DNA from: the human T2T-CHM13v2.0 reference genome, Homo sapiens
Direction: 5' to 3' (one strand)
NCBI RefSeq assembly: GCF_009914755.1
Contig: NC_060935.1
DNA: 64,000 nt
Both the position numbers and the translations under genes were made by a program. Positions 39,446 to 55,822 of this stretch are shown one piece after another; the stretch's first letter is position 1, and every line of letters starts with the position of its first letter. Below the pieces are notes generated by a model, which had not been told where the DNA came from, did no database searches, and saw only the letters and a list, made by a program, of their open reading frames with translations.

Positions 39446-41839
39446 CAGTGAGAGAATGGAGCTGCTTCTTCTCTCTTAGAGGGCCAAAAGGGAACCCATG
39501 GATGTGGAAAGCAGCAGCCATGGGCACGGCAATTGTAGCTCGCTATCAGGAAGAACGCTGCAATGACTGGAAGACTGCTCTGGAACATAGCTGGTGCTCT
39601 GCCACAGGTCCTGAGCCCCCAGGACAGTCCCACAGTGGGCAGAGGCTGGGCTGAGACAAACCAAAAGTCCTTCCAATCCTGGAGAATTTGTGTGGTGGTG
39701 TGTGTGGATATGGAAGTGTGTAAGAAAGAGAAGGAAGGTGGACACAGAAGAGGAGAGTGGGCAGATACACGCTCCCCAGGCTGGCTCCTTCAAACCAGAC
39801 AAAAGAAAGGCCTTGGCTCAAGTGATAAATAAGTGTGTTGAATTGATGGGTTCTAAGCTGCAAGGCTAGGACTGCTCTGGAACCTCTTCTAGAACCCCCT
39901 TGCTCAAAAGGTTGCCCAGTTCTCTCTGTCAATCACTTTCCCTCTACATAGGAGGAAACTGAGGCCCACAGTGGGGCAATGCCATGCAAAGGTCCCCACT
40001 GGCCTACCTCCCCGCTCCTCTCAACCACCCCCTGGCATCACTGCAGGCACCTCATCTGACAGCAGCCCAGTGAGGCACGTATTGGATCAACACTGCATGG
40101 AAGAGAAAACTGCATTTGGGTGCGGTTCAGAAACAGCCAAGCTGGGACAGGCAGAGGCCAGCCCTCCCCACCCCCAGCCCCAGGAGTAGGAGGCTGCTGA
40201 GGCTGCTGTGGACACATTTCCTCAGTCACCTGCAGTGAGAGCGTGCTGTGGCACGTTGGCTCCAGTGGGTGACTATTCTTAGATCTAGGGAGCTATGATG
40301 ACGGATTTAGAACTTACAAGGTGGAAACATGTTGGCCTGTTTTATAAACAACTGAAATCCTCCCTACAGACTGTCTTTCTGAATTCTGTGTTCTCTCAGA
40401 ACTGCTGGCTTTCTGGGCTTATTGGCTGCCTTGCGAGAGGGGGCAGAAAGAGAAACTAACCCTCTTGAGGGCCTACTATGATCACATATGGCGTTATGGG
40501 CTTTTGTATCACCCATCTCATTTAACAGCTCTGGGAAGAAGATATTTTGGTCACACTCTGTGGATGAGGAAACAGGCTGGGAGAGGTCCAGAAGCAAGCA
40601 CACCCTGTGATGTGGTACAAGAGTGAGGCTGTGGACCAGCAGGTCTGCTGTGGAGCCTGGTGCTGCCAAAAGAAAGGTGGCCCTGGCAGATGGAGCAGCA
40701 AGGGCATGCACACAGCACCTTCGGATCTGAATCCCTTCAGGTGTTGCTCTCCTGTCCTCCAAGATTTCTTCAATCCTGGTGATACCTCCTCCCTCTGTAT
40801 GACCTGGTAGCTTGTCCCCATTGCCTACCAGGGCCCCCTCAGCAGATTCTCAGTCATCATCATCCCTCTAGAAGTATGGTACCCAGAGCTGGCTGAGGTC
40901 CAGAGATGAAGGGCCCACCAAGATGCACACATAGTCCCCAAGGTTCCACCTCTGTTAGCTTAGCCTGAGGCCACATTCGCTGCTTTGGAGGCCAAGTCCG
41001 CTTCCCCTTGCTGAACCCGCGGCCTGCAAAAACTCTTAAACAGTTTCTGGAGGACTTGTTCTCCTATCTCTTACCTGGCCTGGCCCGTATGCTGGTGGTT
41101 TAGACCTGGCTGGAACTTTCAGGTTGTTTCCATTAAAAGTCATCTTATTAAATGAACATGCCAATCTCCGAGGGGCACTAGCAGAGGGGTGGAGGAATGG
41201 ATGCCATTCTGGGACCAGGAGCAGCTGCACTGTTGCCATTCCTGAAGCCTGGTCACCACCAGAGCCTCCTTACCTTGCTCTCCTCAAGCCTGTTTGGGAA
41301 TCACCAGTGTGCAGAAGAGGAAGCTAGGGAATTAGGGCAATAGTGGAGGTGGTAGTAAGAAGGTCTGCTCTGGAATCCAGTGGCAGGTCCAGAAGAATCC
41401 ACATGCAGGAAGATTAGGGTACTAGAGTTCACATGGGGACGGATGACACAAATCTGAGACAGAATTCTCCCTAGAAGTTCCAATCACTGAATAAATATTG
41501 TACCTACTTAGTATCTGGTCCGTGTCTGGTGCTATGCCCAATTCAGTTCAATTCATTTTGTACACATCAACTAGGCTCCCACAAAGCCCAAGTGCTGGGT
41601 TAGAGAGCTGAGCGTCCATCCCACAGTGACAGCACAGGGAGATGAGGTCCTGGAAAGATTTGCTCAGGAAGACCAGGCAGTGGCTAATTCCTGAGATGGA
41701 TCAAACCCCGAAGGGAAGAGAGTCTTTCTCTTATTTATCTTTTTTTTTCTAAACAGTAAAATTTTATTAAACTTCTTGTCAATAAAAATTATTACAATAC
41801 AAAATAGGAGAAAACTAATGGGTTAATACTTTTAATATA

Positions 41840-42150
41840 TATTAATGAATTTTTTTCCTTTTAAATAGACTATTTTTTAAGAGAAAATGTAGGTTCATAG
41901 TAAAATTAAGCAGAAAGTATGGACAGTTCCCATAATACTTCCTGCCTCTACTTACTTCATAGCCTTCCCCACCAACATCCCGCACCACTGACACACCATT
42001 GGCGCTCAAAGTGGGTGGTTTACATTATGGATGATCTTGGTGTTGTACATTATACGGGTTTGACAAATGTATAATGACATGGATCCACCTAATTATAAGG
42101 TCATACTGAATAGTTTTGCTGCCCTAAAAATCCTCTGTGTTTTGCATACT
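41840..42150 (-). mobile_element. L1MC-like 3' end fragment
   Basis: taggttcatagtaaaattaagcagaaagta...gggtttgacaaatgtataatgacatg...tgccctaaaaatcctctgtg. Confidence 0.7.
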
Positions 42151-42159
42151 TATTTATCT

Positions 42160-43400
<1,241 letters not shown>

Positions 43401-44189
43401 CCCAAATACAGACCTCTGGTGAGCCTAAGAGATGATAAACCTGAGACCTGGGAAACCGTGTGAATAACAAATTGTAGGAGCTACCAGGTGAGCAGCGGGC
43501 AGCTCAAGAGGTAACACTGTGCTTATGGTTCGATGGGGCCTAATTTGGTGCCTTCATCACTCTAAATTATAGCTCCTGTTTTTGTTTTTTCTTGAATGAA
43601 GTGCTTGACTGGGATGCATACATACTACATGGGCTAATAATATAAATTACCTTTGTGAATGTCCCTGTTTCATAAAAAAACACATAATATTTGAAAGGAA
43701 AATTACCATTTCAGATCATTATAACCACCGACCCAAGTTCTCCTACTGGTCCCATTGGAAGTAGCATTCTTCTCTAACCCTGCTGAGCTGCCAGGACTGC
43801 TGCGCTGGGAAACCCAGGCACAGAGCTCCTCTCCTGAAGCAGGGTGTCAGCAGGAGCAGTGGCATTCCCAGAGGATGCAGTGTTTGCATGAGACCCTGCA
43901 GCCAGACTCTCTTTGGGACATCTAATTTCCAGGTAGTATGAGGCCACCCAAAAATGAGGCAGCCCTGAAAGACCCTTAAACATTGGTTCTAAGAATAAAT
44001 ACACAAATGAAGATAAGGAAGCCCAGTGAGTTCCACTGGGCTCCCTCCCTGCATGACTATACATGTCTCCACCTGGGACTACTCAGCCTCCTGTGGGCTC
44101 AGCCCCTAGTGGCAGATTCCCCTCCCAGACAAGGGGGCTAGAGACTTTGAGGCTGAGGCGAGGCACATTTGTCTCAGAGTGTGAATCTT

Positions 44190-44720
44190 TCAAATGGCAT
44201 TCTAGCTCAGAAGAAAATACCAAGTCTGGACCTTAGCCTATAAGGTCCTATACCATCTGATCCCAGCTACCTCTCTGATACCCACTGCTGCCACTCGCGT
44301 CCTCACCTTTCCTAATCCACTCCTCTTCAGCCACACTGGTCTCCTTGCTCTTCCTCCAACTGGCCAGTCATGCTTCCAGCTTTAGCCTTTGCACCAGCTG
44401 TTCCCTCTGCCCGGAACCTTCCTCCCCAGATAACCATATGGCTCCCTCCCTCCCTCCCTTCAATCAGGGCATCATTCAAATGGCACTTTCTCAGAGGGCC
44501 TTCCCTGATCACCCAATTTCATCCTTTCATTCTCTTTATACTGCTTAATTTTCCTTCCCAGCACGTAATACCCTATCATATACTTTTGTTTGTCTGTTTC
44601 CCCACCAGAATGAAAAGCTCTATGAGAGCAAACATTTCATTTTATTCAACTGCTGTATCTCCAGCACTTAGAAAAGGTATGAGTATATAAAAGGTGCTCA
44701 ATAAATATTTGTTTTAGCAA
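44190..44720 (+). mobile_element. L2 LINE 3' end
   Basis: cagccacactggtctccttgctcttcctc...gctgttccctctgcc...ggtgctcaataaatatttgtt. Confidence 0.8.
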
Positions 44721-47700
44721 TGAAGAGTTGTCACTTGCCCCAGGAGGGGCTCATTCCCTTGAGGGGAACCCAAATCAAAGTGCTGGGCAGACCATCTACT
44801 GGGATCACCAATCTGAAGCAACTGCTATATTGTGTGTGCACACCCACACATGTGGCAGGGCAGTCAGGGTAGCCCATGCTAAAGGCATTCTGTAGGGTGG
44901 CTGCAGCCTCAGTTATGGAGGAAGGGAGTTATCAGAGCTAGAGGTTGAACAGACCACCTCCAACTCTAGGATCAACCCTGTCCTGGCAGGCCTAGCCTAG
45001 CCTAGTCCATCCCAGCCCTTCAAATGAGCACCCATCCATCTGCATGTAGGCTGACCCTCTGCTTTCTGAGATGAAGGAAAGCCAGCTGGGCAGTATATAT
45101 CTCAAGTCCTCACCCAGTGGGTCAGAGAACTGGGAGAGAGTTGTTGCTGCTCAGTAGTTTTGGAGCCAGACAGGCTTGGATTTGATCTTGCCTCTGTCAC
45201 CTACTGTATATACCTAATTCTTGGTTTCTTCATCTGTAAATAAGAACAATCATCTTTTCCTTGCCTTTTTCTAAACGAATATGTAAAGTGCCCAGCACAG
45301 ACTCCATCACGTGACACACGCTCACTGGACACTTGTTCCCTTCCCCATCTTCCCCTCTGCTGTTGGGATTGCCCACATCTCCTGCCCAGGATCTACTTCT
45401 CAGCCTTCCTCGATCTGGTGTATCTTGAGGCCAGCTATTAGTGAATCTGGGAAAACCGTCCAATACAGGGGCACATGGCAAAATTGTGTCATCCCTTCTC
45501 CTTCTTCCCATCTCCATGGACCCCTTGCATGGAACAAGTAGGTAACATTTGACACAAGTTCTAGCCGAGGGTTCAGATTACTGTTTGTCTGAGGCATTCT
45601 GACAGGCACAAGCCACTAAGCATTGCTATGGAAACCATTTTGTTCTTCTCTGCTGTGTCATTTGTTTTCTGGCACGGTTGCAGTTGTGGTACCGGGGGAA
45701 GGGCAGTGGAAGAGGTACCCAAGGATCAGACACCTAGTGGGGCCTATGTTCCTACAGGATTGTATGACCAAGGCTAATTCCTGCTTCTCCCTGGGTCTTG
45801 CAATCTCCAACTCTCAGAAGTAGGACACTATTTTTCAAACAGTGGCCCGATGACCATCTGTGCTGGTAAACAATCAGAGTCCTGATGCCCATCCTATACC
45901 AACTGTCAGAATCTCCCTCAGAGCTGTGACGCACAACAGAGTTTGAGAACCACTGCTGTAGGAGTTAGACTCGCTAAATTGTTTTCAATCTCCCAGTGCA
46001 TGAAACAGGCAGCACTGAAGTTATTCTGACTGGAGCAGGGATGAAAGGCTCAGAGCCCTATCCACTCAGCCTCCCACTACTCCCAACTGGCTCCATGGAA
46101 TCCTACAGCTTCCCAGACCATAGTTTGGGAACCACTGGACAAAATGATTTCTAGAGGCTTCCCTAGAAGAGAAGTCAGCATTCATTCAATCATTCATTTA
46201 TTCACAAATATTTGTTAGGTGCCTTCCTTCTTTACGCCAAGTATTTGTTTGAAGTCAGTAGCTCCACTACTATTACTTAATCTCTCTTGGGCTCAGATTT
46301 CTCCTTTGTAAAATGGAAGCATAGTATTTGTTTTCCCTACTTTACTGGATTCTTCTAACAATCAAATAATCATGAGACCACCTATGAAAAAGTTGTTTGT
46401 TACCTGGAAGAGACTCTGCAAATAAATGCCAACAACTATTATTATTACTACCATTAGTGGTATATCTAACTATCTCAAGTCTATAGAACTAAGTTAAGTC
46501 CTCAGAGGCCTCAATGGACTGTTACTCTCCTACTGTCTGTAACTAAACTTCCAGAAGGTGTTGCAGGGTTTGGAGAACCATTGGTCTAAAAGCCTCCATC
46601 TAAAAAATATCTTTTCTGAGGGCTAAGAATATCCCTCAATTTGATGTCTTCTAAATAGAACATTTCTCTATTATCCCAATTTACTTCCATGATCATATAT
46701 TACTTTCATAACAAAAAAAGTTTGGAAAACAAAGACTGTTGAAAATACTGTCTGATGCACACAGTTCTCTGAGAAACTCTTTATCTAACAGTTTCAAATG
46801 AATTCAAATGAGATACTCAGGCAAGAGAAAATGCAAAATTTTCCCTTCCTAACAGCCACATGGCTCCATGGCAGTGTGGGGCTGAGTGTCAGACCTGGGC
46901 TCTAAGTCTCAGCTCTGCCATTAACTCAACACGTGGTCTTGGGTGAGTCACTACCTCTCACAGGGTCTCAGTTTCTGCACCTATAAACTGAAAGCACCAG
47001 CTATGGTGATCTGCAAGGGCCCTCCCGGATCTGATGGTTGATGTTCCAGACAATGAAGTGTAACTTTCCCAATATACCCAGGCTGTAATTCTACAGCCTA
47101 TCTGGCTGTGCTGGGCGTACAGCCTTGCTGAGCTCACGGTGGCTCATGGATACAGTGCTCTTCTCCTCAGTCACTCATGTGGAGTTTTAGACCTTCCAAA
47201 GCTCCATCAGCCCCACCACAACCCTGAAGCAAGAAGGTCAGAGAATAAGCACCTTGGGAAGAGAGGTGGCTCATTTCAGAGCTGCAAACTTGTAAGTGAC
47301 AGGGTCATGACCAAAATCAAGGTATTTCAACTCCAAGCCTAGTATTCTTTACCTCATTGGGATCATATCCTAAAAGAACTACAGACCCTAAAAGCTTCAT
47401 GCGGTGGAAAGACCACCAGTGTTAGAGTCAAAAGATGGGTGCGATCCCCTCTTCCTGCTCTCCTGTGTGTGCTTCTGGACCAGCCACTCCCTATTACTGA
47501 GACTCAGTGTCTTTATCCATAACATGGGGCTATTGTTCTGACAATTCCAGTGCTGTGGTGAGGCTCATGGAAGAGTGAATGGAAACCTTTTGTATGTTAT
47601 AAAGTTAGATGTCAGTTACCATGAATACCATTTATTGGGCCCAAAGGTAGGGAGGAATCCATCCCATTTGTCCTTCAAGAAACCCAAAGCCCTGGGAAGT

Positions 47701-49903
47701 TTAAGTCCTGGGCCACAGGGCAGCTGGATATGAAACCTGAATGAGCAAGTCACTTGACTTGCAAGCTGAGCTACACAGGACAGACTGTAAGCTTGGCCTG
47801 GCTCCCACCCTATGGAGACTAAACTGCACCAAAGGTGAAAACACTAGACAGAAGTATAGAGCCCAGCAACATGGATGGTTCCTTGTTCCCATCATTCGCA
47901 CATTCAACTAGTCAACAAACATTCCTCTAATATCAATTCTAGATAAAGTGATATTTGGGTACCTTATGTATGCAAGGAAAGAGAAGGAGGAAGGAGCAAA
48001 GATGAATACGATGGTCCATTTATGTGGAAAATAACTAACATTTAATAATGAACATTTCCTGAGCTCTTACCATATATCAAGAACTATGCTGTACTATTTC
48101 TGTTATCTCATTTCACACCCACAATAAGCCAAGAGGGCAGGAATGTTCTGGATCACTATTTTACCCTTGAAGAAGCTGAGGCTTAGCTGAGGCTCAGGCT
48201 CAGCTGAAAACTAAGTGGTGGAGCCAGGACTCAAACCAACGTCAGCCTGTCCAGATCCTAAATTTGTAACTCCTAGTTCCACAGCCTCTGTATTGCTGGG
48301 TGACCTTAGGCAAGCATCTTCCCATCTGAAATGTAGAGATTCAATTATTCTAATGGGCACGAGAAATATCACAAACAACTGTGACCCAAAAGAGAAAGGG
48401 AGAAGTGCCCACTTGAAGTGAGGTGAGGCCGTCACTTCCCGTTCCTCAGGAGAGGAAAGCATCAGGTAGAATCTGGGTGGCGTGATGACTTTTGCCAGAC
48501 AGGGCTCAAACCAGCAGGATTCAGAGAGGTATGGCTAACATCTGCCTACCTCCAACAAGGTCTGTTCTCCCACCAAACTCAATTGTGTACCCCATCTACA
48601 CACTCTATTTACCACCCCACCCCTGAGCCAGGACTTTGTTCATGCTGCCCCCACCTCCCCTTACTTCTCTCCTCCAGGAGGTCTCTTCTGATGCCGCATC
48701 TCTCCCCCAACAGAAAAGCTTTAACAACCACTCAAATACTATTTCATCAAGAAGCCCCCAACTCGATGGAATAGCATTTTCTTTAAGACCCTGGTCCTTG
48801 GTGAATGGCTCCCCTGTCTCCACAACTTGCTCTGTTTATAATGGAGAAGAGCAGTGTTCCTTCTCCATCTGAATCTGTCACAGTAGCAGATGCCAGTAAG
48901 GGTTGCCTGGAATGTCCGGACATGTGATGCTGCCATGGTAACAGCAGACCAAGGTTCGGAATGCTTTATCCCTGATGAGCTGCCCCGGCAGTGCCATGCC
49001 AGGCTGCTTGTGGAATCTTCCTCAAAGAACTCCCCCCCCCAAAAAAAATTCACCAAAACCCATGCAACAACAACACAACCCATTGATGGACAAGCAACTG
49101 CTGAGCACTGGTGCCAAGGTTCAGCTCCTATAAACATACTTTGGGCCACTCACCTGGTCCCTTTACTGATAAGGAAGCCAGGCCCTGGCTGTCTGCACTG
49201 TGGCTCACCCAGGGGGTAATGCGGTTTTTAGCTGGCTCAGCCAACGAAGCAGGCTGTCCCCAACTCCAGCCCCCAAATTACCACTTCTCTTGTTTGATGC
49301 CGCCAACCAGGGATCTGCCGGCGTGGACCCTGGCAATTAGCACAGCACTTGCATTTGTTGGGGAATTAGGAGCCACTGATTACCCTAATTCCACGTCATT
49401 TACAGGCAATGAGTGTCAGCCTGGGATTGGCCTTTCCAAATGGTGGCCTACAGGGTGGCATGATCATGACTTGACTTTGAAATGGAAGCAAGGGCCTGGT
49501 AAGCCAGGCTGTGAACCAGGAGGGGAGGCAGGACTCATATCTGAGCCTAGCTATATGGCAGCCATTGCCTCCCCCAGTCCTGCCCACTTAAGGGAAATGA
49601 AGACCAGAACAAGGTGTTTCCAAATTGAGAACATGCCAATTTCTAAGTCAGTCCTGACCCAGGAAGAGAGCCCATTTCCCTTTGATAGCCCTGCTGACCC
49701 CCTAGAATGTGCAGCCACAAGATTAGTGTCCCCTAATCTGAGAGTTTCTTGGGGCTAAAGGCCTGAGTCAAACTCTTACTGGCTGAGCAGGACCCTCACA
49801 CTCTGCCTAGGCTCTCCTGACATCCCACTACCAAGGGCCTGAACTTCTTATCTGTCCTCCAAGTTGCTGCCTGGCTTGGGCCCCTTGGAATGTGAATGTG
49901 CAA

Positions 49904-50325
49904 TGTATTAGTCCGTGCTTGTGTCGCTACAAAGAAATGCCTGAGGCTGGATAATTTATAAAGAAAAGAGGTTTAATTGGCTCACAGTTCTGCAGGCTCT
50001 ACAGGAAGCGTGGTGCCAGCATCTGTTTCTGGTGAGGGCCTCAGGAAGCTTCCAATCATGGTGGAAGGCAAAGGGGGAGCAGGCACATTGCATGGTGAAA
50101 GCAGGAGCAAAAGAGCGAGCAGGGGGAAGTGCCATGCGCTTTTAAACAACCAAATCACACATGAACTCAGAAAGAGAACTCACTTATAACCAAGGAGATG
50201 ATACAAAACCACTCAAGAGGGATCTGCCCTCATGATCCAATCACTTGCCAACAGGCCCCACCTCCAACATTGGAAATCACATTTCAACACGAGATTTGGA
50301 GGGGACAAACATCCAAGCCATGTCA
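49904..50325 (-). mobile_element. MSTB-like (MaLR) solo LTR
   Basis: tgtattagtcc...taatttataaagaaaagaggtttaattggctcacagttctgcaggct...gagatttggaggggacaaacatccaa...tca. Confidence 0.9.
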
Positions 50326-53300
50326 CCCAATGATAATTACCTTAAGACGCTTGCTGTCAGACCCCTGGTCACAAATGGGCCCTCCAGGATAGTGACATTT
50401 CCAGGATAATATAGGCCCCTACACCTTGTATGACTGATCCCTATCTCAACCCAGCAGGGGCCAACTTCGTAGCTAGTATTCCCCATATTTCTACCCTTTC
50501 CTGCCAGTTTGCTGTAAGAGGAGCCAATTGGCTTGTATACACTTTATAGGGTCATGACCATGTGGAGCCAGCTAACTGAATACTTGTCCATTAGAGAACT
50601 TCTGGATCTCTCCAAAGGAATATATAGGTATTGGGGTTTGGCTGGACAAGTCCTGACAACTCCCTAATTCAAACTCTAGGTTCCTTGAAAATAGGGGGCT
50701 AAACCCGGTCTTTCCAGTCATTCATAAAATGTCTATTTTGTCTTACTTGGTAGATATCATAAGGGATATAAAATGAACCATTCATGGCACCTGCTAGCAA
50801 GGAATAAATAATCTGAGGGATCAGAAGAGACTTCCTGGAGGAAGAAGAAAAGTTAGGGGAGAGGGAAGAAAGAGCATTCTAAGTAGATAGAACAGTGGGA
50901 ACAAAGACCTAGCTGGGGGAAGGAGGGGATTGCAAAGATAATGGTGGTAGTTCCACTTGGTGGAAGAAGACGTGGTGCAAAACATAGCAGAAGGAAAGAA
51001 ATTTGGGATGATAAGTACGGGGCATATGGCAGATGGCTCAAGAAATATAATCCTCAAAAAGCCTGACTAAAGATTTTGGACTTTATTTCATAGCCAATTG
51101 GAAGCCACTAAGGCTTTTGGACAACAGAGTAGCAGAATCAGATCTGTGCCTCAGAGGCAAAATCTGGCATAATAACAATCATCAATATTGTTCTTGCCAT
51201 CATGACAGATCACATTTAGGATGCACTCACACGATGCCAGGCACTTTTCTAAACACTTAGACTGAGTGGGAAGGAGGGTCTAAGGGAGATCATTTGGAGG
51301 TGGAGGCAAAGTCTAAGAGGAGGAGGACAAACAAAGCCTGAGCTGTCTCAGTGGCAGTGGGACGCAGAAGAGGGCAGGACGGAGAGAAAGCAAAGAGGTG
51401 GGACCAAGAGGACTTGGCATCTGTGAAGCTGTGGGTACAGAGGGGTGAGAGGAGTCAGATAGCCTTAGCCAGGAGACTAGGAGGATGGAAGTCGCAACCA
51501 GGTCTAGGATATGTGATTCCTTGATTCACAGTCCTGGTAGATGAATCTAGAATCCAACCCCAAGGATATGGCCAAAATATCCCTTGTCACCCTGAGTTCA
51601 GGAAAACATTTGGGGAGGAACAGACCATGAAACAAGGGCAGCTGTCCCAGGAAGATTTATTCTCCCACACTGTGCCCTGCTCCTACCAACCTAGTACCTG
51701 CTGGTTGGAGTGAGAAGGAAAGGACCTGGAGAGAAGTGGCCTCTCTTTCTTTGACCCTAGTGTATTCTTGGTGGAGGTCTTCTGTCATGATATGCATCAG
51801 ACTAGGGTCCCCATTTAGGGAGAATGCCCTGGTTCTAACCTGCCTTATTTCTCTGTCCTTAGGTATCACTGGGGTGGCCCCAAGCCCCTGAGGATTAGGG
51901 CCCTCAGATGGAAGGCAACAGCTGCCTGCTCTGATATTTCTCTCACTTCTTGTATCCCACACAAACCCTGTGCTCTGGTCAGAAGGGCTTCCCACACTCT
52001 GCCCTCAGCCTGGGATCTGTCTATCCTCACACCTCCCCATCCCGCAATCAGGAATGCCCTTATCCTGGGCTAATCCAAATCCTAGCCTAGCCTTCAAGGC
52101 TCAGCTCAAGTCCTCCTTCCTCTAAAATGTCTACAACAATCATGCCTACACTGAGCTATAGTTAAATTTCAGAGCAGCAAGGGAATCTACAGATCATTGG
52201 CCCAACCCTCAAAATTCTACCGAACAGAAAACTGGGGCCTGGAGAAGACAGAATAAGGGCTATGCCTAGAACCCAAGTCCATAGCATTCCCTTGATGAGC
52301 TTCCCATGAACTTTGTAGTTCTTTATTTCACCTGTCCATGTCACAGATTGTGAGACTGTCTGTGAGGACGATGACTTTTGTATCTCTTTATCCTCCACTG
52401 TGCTTAGCACAGAGCCCTGGGTCACAGGTGGCTCAGGAAATAGAATCCTTAATAGCCAAAGACTCAGGAAGGTAACAGGTCCTGAGGAAAAGCAGGATAC
52501 AGGTGAAGAAAAAAAAAAAAAACCACCACCAAAAACCTCCTTCCAGCAATTCTTCTCTGTTCTGGGATGCAAGCCAAGCCTAGCCACCGGACTGGGGGTG
52601 AGAACAGAGATGATACATTCAAAGGAGACTTTTACATCCGAAAGAGATTTCTGCATCCAGTATCAGTGTTCTAGCCCGGAGCCTCTTGGGAGAGCAGCTT
52701 CCAGAGGCTGGCAGAAGGGGTCATGCTGAGGTCAGCCTCCAGCCTAGGGACACTGGTAATGGTGGTGGAAGCAGCTGAGAGAAGATTTTTCTTTCAAAGC
52801 TGAATCTTCAGATCTGGGGAACTAAAAGAACCCTCCAAGATCACCTAACCCAATTCCTAAATGTTTCAGATAGGGAACTTGAGGTCTTGGTAAGGAAAGA
52901 GACTTGATCAAAGTCACACAGTACATTAGGGTTACAGCCAGGACACAGTTCCATGTCTCTTGATCCCAACCCAGGGTTCTCTGCAGGACAACTTTTCTCA
53001 TCTGGGTCCCACATGGACGTAGCCAGGAGAGCAGCTGGTAGGATTAAATGGCCACCAAGAATTTCTACACTGCTTTTTAAATTGTCAAAACTCAATTGCT
53101 GATAGACTTGTGATGCAGGTTTAGAGAAAATAATGGGTTTGACTAAGGCTCCAAGCTAAGAAGCCACTTGCTTGTCAGATCATATCAAGCACAGATTTAT
53201 CTAGTTCAAAAACCCGTCGTTTCCCATTAGCTCATGCTTCCAGACATGCTGCATCTAGGCTCAGCGTGGAGGAAGAAAGACAGGACAGACAGACATTCTG

Positions 53301-55822
53301 AGAGGTTTGACAAAGAATTCCATCAGATATACACTTCCTGGCCAAGTCCCTCCTTTGCCCCAGGCACTGTGCTGGGCGCTCCGGAGGCGAAGAATACGAT
53401 CCAGGAGTGGAGAGACTAAGTAGGTAACTTCCAGGGAGCTCCTAAATGAGCAGTTATAAAGATTGGAAGAGAAACAAATTCAGTCCTTCAAATTCTGAAA
53501 AGAATGAGGTTGAGGAACAGTAACAGACAGGGATGTTGTAACAGAACAGGCTGGCAGGGTCCACCACAGATGTACGTGCCACCAGCCAAAGTCATTTCTG
53601 TACTTGCAGAGCACAGCACAATGCCTGGCACATAAAAGACACTCAATGTAGAGTTGCTGAGTCAATGCATGGGTGAATGAAACTAGCATCCCAAAGGGAA
53701 CTGAGGTGCAGTTCCAGTGCTTGCAGAGAAAAGGTCTGCCCACCAAATGTGGTCCTGCCCCCCTCCATCTGCAGAAGGGGCAGGAGGCAGCTGGTGGGTC
53801 CAGAAATGCTGACAGAGAAGGACAGAGCTTCCAGCCCCAACCCACTTCTCCATGGCAACGAGCTGACAGAAAACTGCACGGGAGACTGAGAAACCAGTTT
53901 TAAAATAAAGACACAAAACACTCTCAGTCTAAAATCACACATGCAAAGCAACAGCTCCTGCCTCTCAGCCCCTTAAGAGGGGTAGGCACAATCACTAAGA
54001 AAAGTACCTCCTTCCAACCTGCCCATTTCTCTGCCAGGGGCCCATGGGCCTCCCCTCCTGCTGTATACTCCTCTAAGAGCTGCCAGGCAGAATTCCTCTT
54101 GCTTTGCAGTATATGCTTCAGGGCATTGCATCAAATCTGACAAGCAATGGTAAAGCTCCACCAGGGTTAGATCTGGCAGGTTCTGCAGCAAACAGGCTGT
54201 CTGCTGCTGGCTTCATGTAGAATGGCAGTTCATAGCAGGGGTGGCTGTGGCACAGGGGCCAAGCAGGAAGAGTAGGGCAGGGATCACTTTTCTCCATTCT
54301 CCTCCTGTTCAATCCTGCTTCATCCTTCAGGGCTCAGCTGTGTTTGCCTTCATCTCTCCAGGATGACTTAATTGTACCTTTGACTGTAAACCCAAAGCCC
54401 TCTGTTTACATTTCAAATACAAAACTTACCAGTCTACTTTTCATTATACTGCTTACTTACTCTGCCCCCAGTAGAGAGCCTGGCATATGATAAAGCCTCA
54501 ATAAATGTTTTCTGAATTGAATCAACAGCATGAGAAAACATGTTAATCTGAGTAGCTGGAGACCAACCTCCTTCTGGTTTATGGGAGTCCACTCAGACTA
54601 TCATTTCCCTCCAAAGCCTCGGGTGCTTGGAGAGCGTGAAGGCAATGTCACCTCCTCTCCGACATCAGATCTGCTCACTACTTTTCTGCCAACAGGACTG
54701 TGTGCTCTTCCCTACTGTTCCATGGACATCACCGTATTCAGAAGGGTACCCTAAAACAAGCTAGACTAAGGATCCTGGATTCAGTCCCAGCCTTATCACT
54801 TCCATCTGTGTAAATTTAGGCAAGTCATTTAATCTCTTTGAACCTTAGTGGCCTTGCTTGAAAAACAGAAGTACCAATTTCCATACCAGTATCCTGTCTA
54901 CCTCACGAAGCTGGTGTGAGGACCAGAGATGATGAATGGTAAAAGTGCTCTGAAAGCAGCCAAGTGGTGTCTGTGCAAAGATGAGGTGGAGTTTTGTTTC
55001 CAGAATCTTATAAAAAGGTAGCTGAGGCCTAAGCTCATGAGGTGACTTGCTCATGATCATGTGGGGAGACAGTGGCAAAGCAGGGTTCCAGTCTTCTAAT
55101 TCTTGGTCCAGAGCTCTTTTCACAACCTTTTGCTACCTTAGAGATCCCATCTAAAACATTCTTCAACTTTGGCAAAAGCAATTCCACATTCCATTAAAAT
55201 GAGAAGCATTTTGGATCACCTGCAGAGTATAAATCTCTGTCATGGAATGGAGTCCAGCTCTCTACTTCCAGGCAGAATGCCACCTGAAACATTCTAGGCA
55301 GGGAGTTAACTCTTACTCCCCCACAAAAATCTTTCCTTACAGTCTCTCAGTCACTGCTAACTAACCTGTGCCAGAAAGGTCATCCTGGTAGCTGAAATAT
55401 TCTCACTGTGGCAGAGCCCACATCTTCTGATCAAACCTCAGAAACAAAAATAAGGAATGCAACACCGCAAACATTAGAGAAGCAGATTGAAAACAATGTG
55501 TACAGGATATGGAGGAAAACTCGTTATCTGTATATCTGTGCCTGGAGCACAGGTTCAATGGAAAACCACTAAAGCTATCCCAGGGCTTGACTCAGGAAGT
55601 GGGGACACTGCTTCCCTGAGATGTAAACTCAGCAGAAACAGATCTGAGAGAGACAGAAGGGACACACAGACCCCACTGCTTAGGTTCTAACAGCTTGTGG
55701 GCCTACATGCCAGAGACAGCATTAAGTGAAACCTCTTCAAACCTCAGCAATGACTTTAAAAAGGAGGGAGGAAGGGAAGTTGGAAGGAAATGTCTTTGTT
55801 GAGAACTCTAACCCTTACATGG

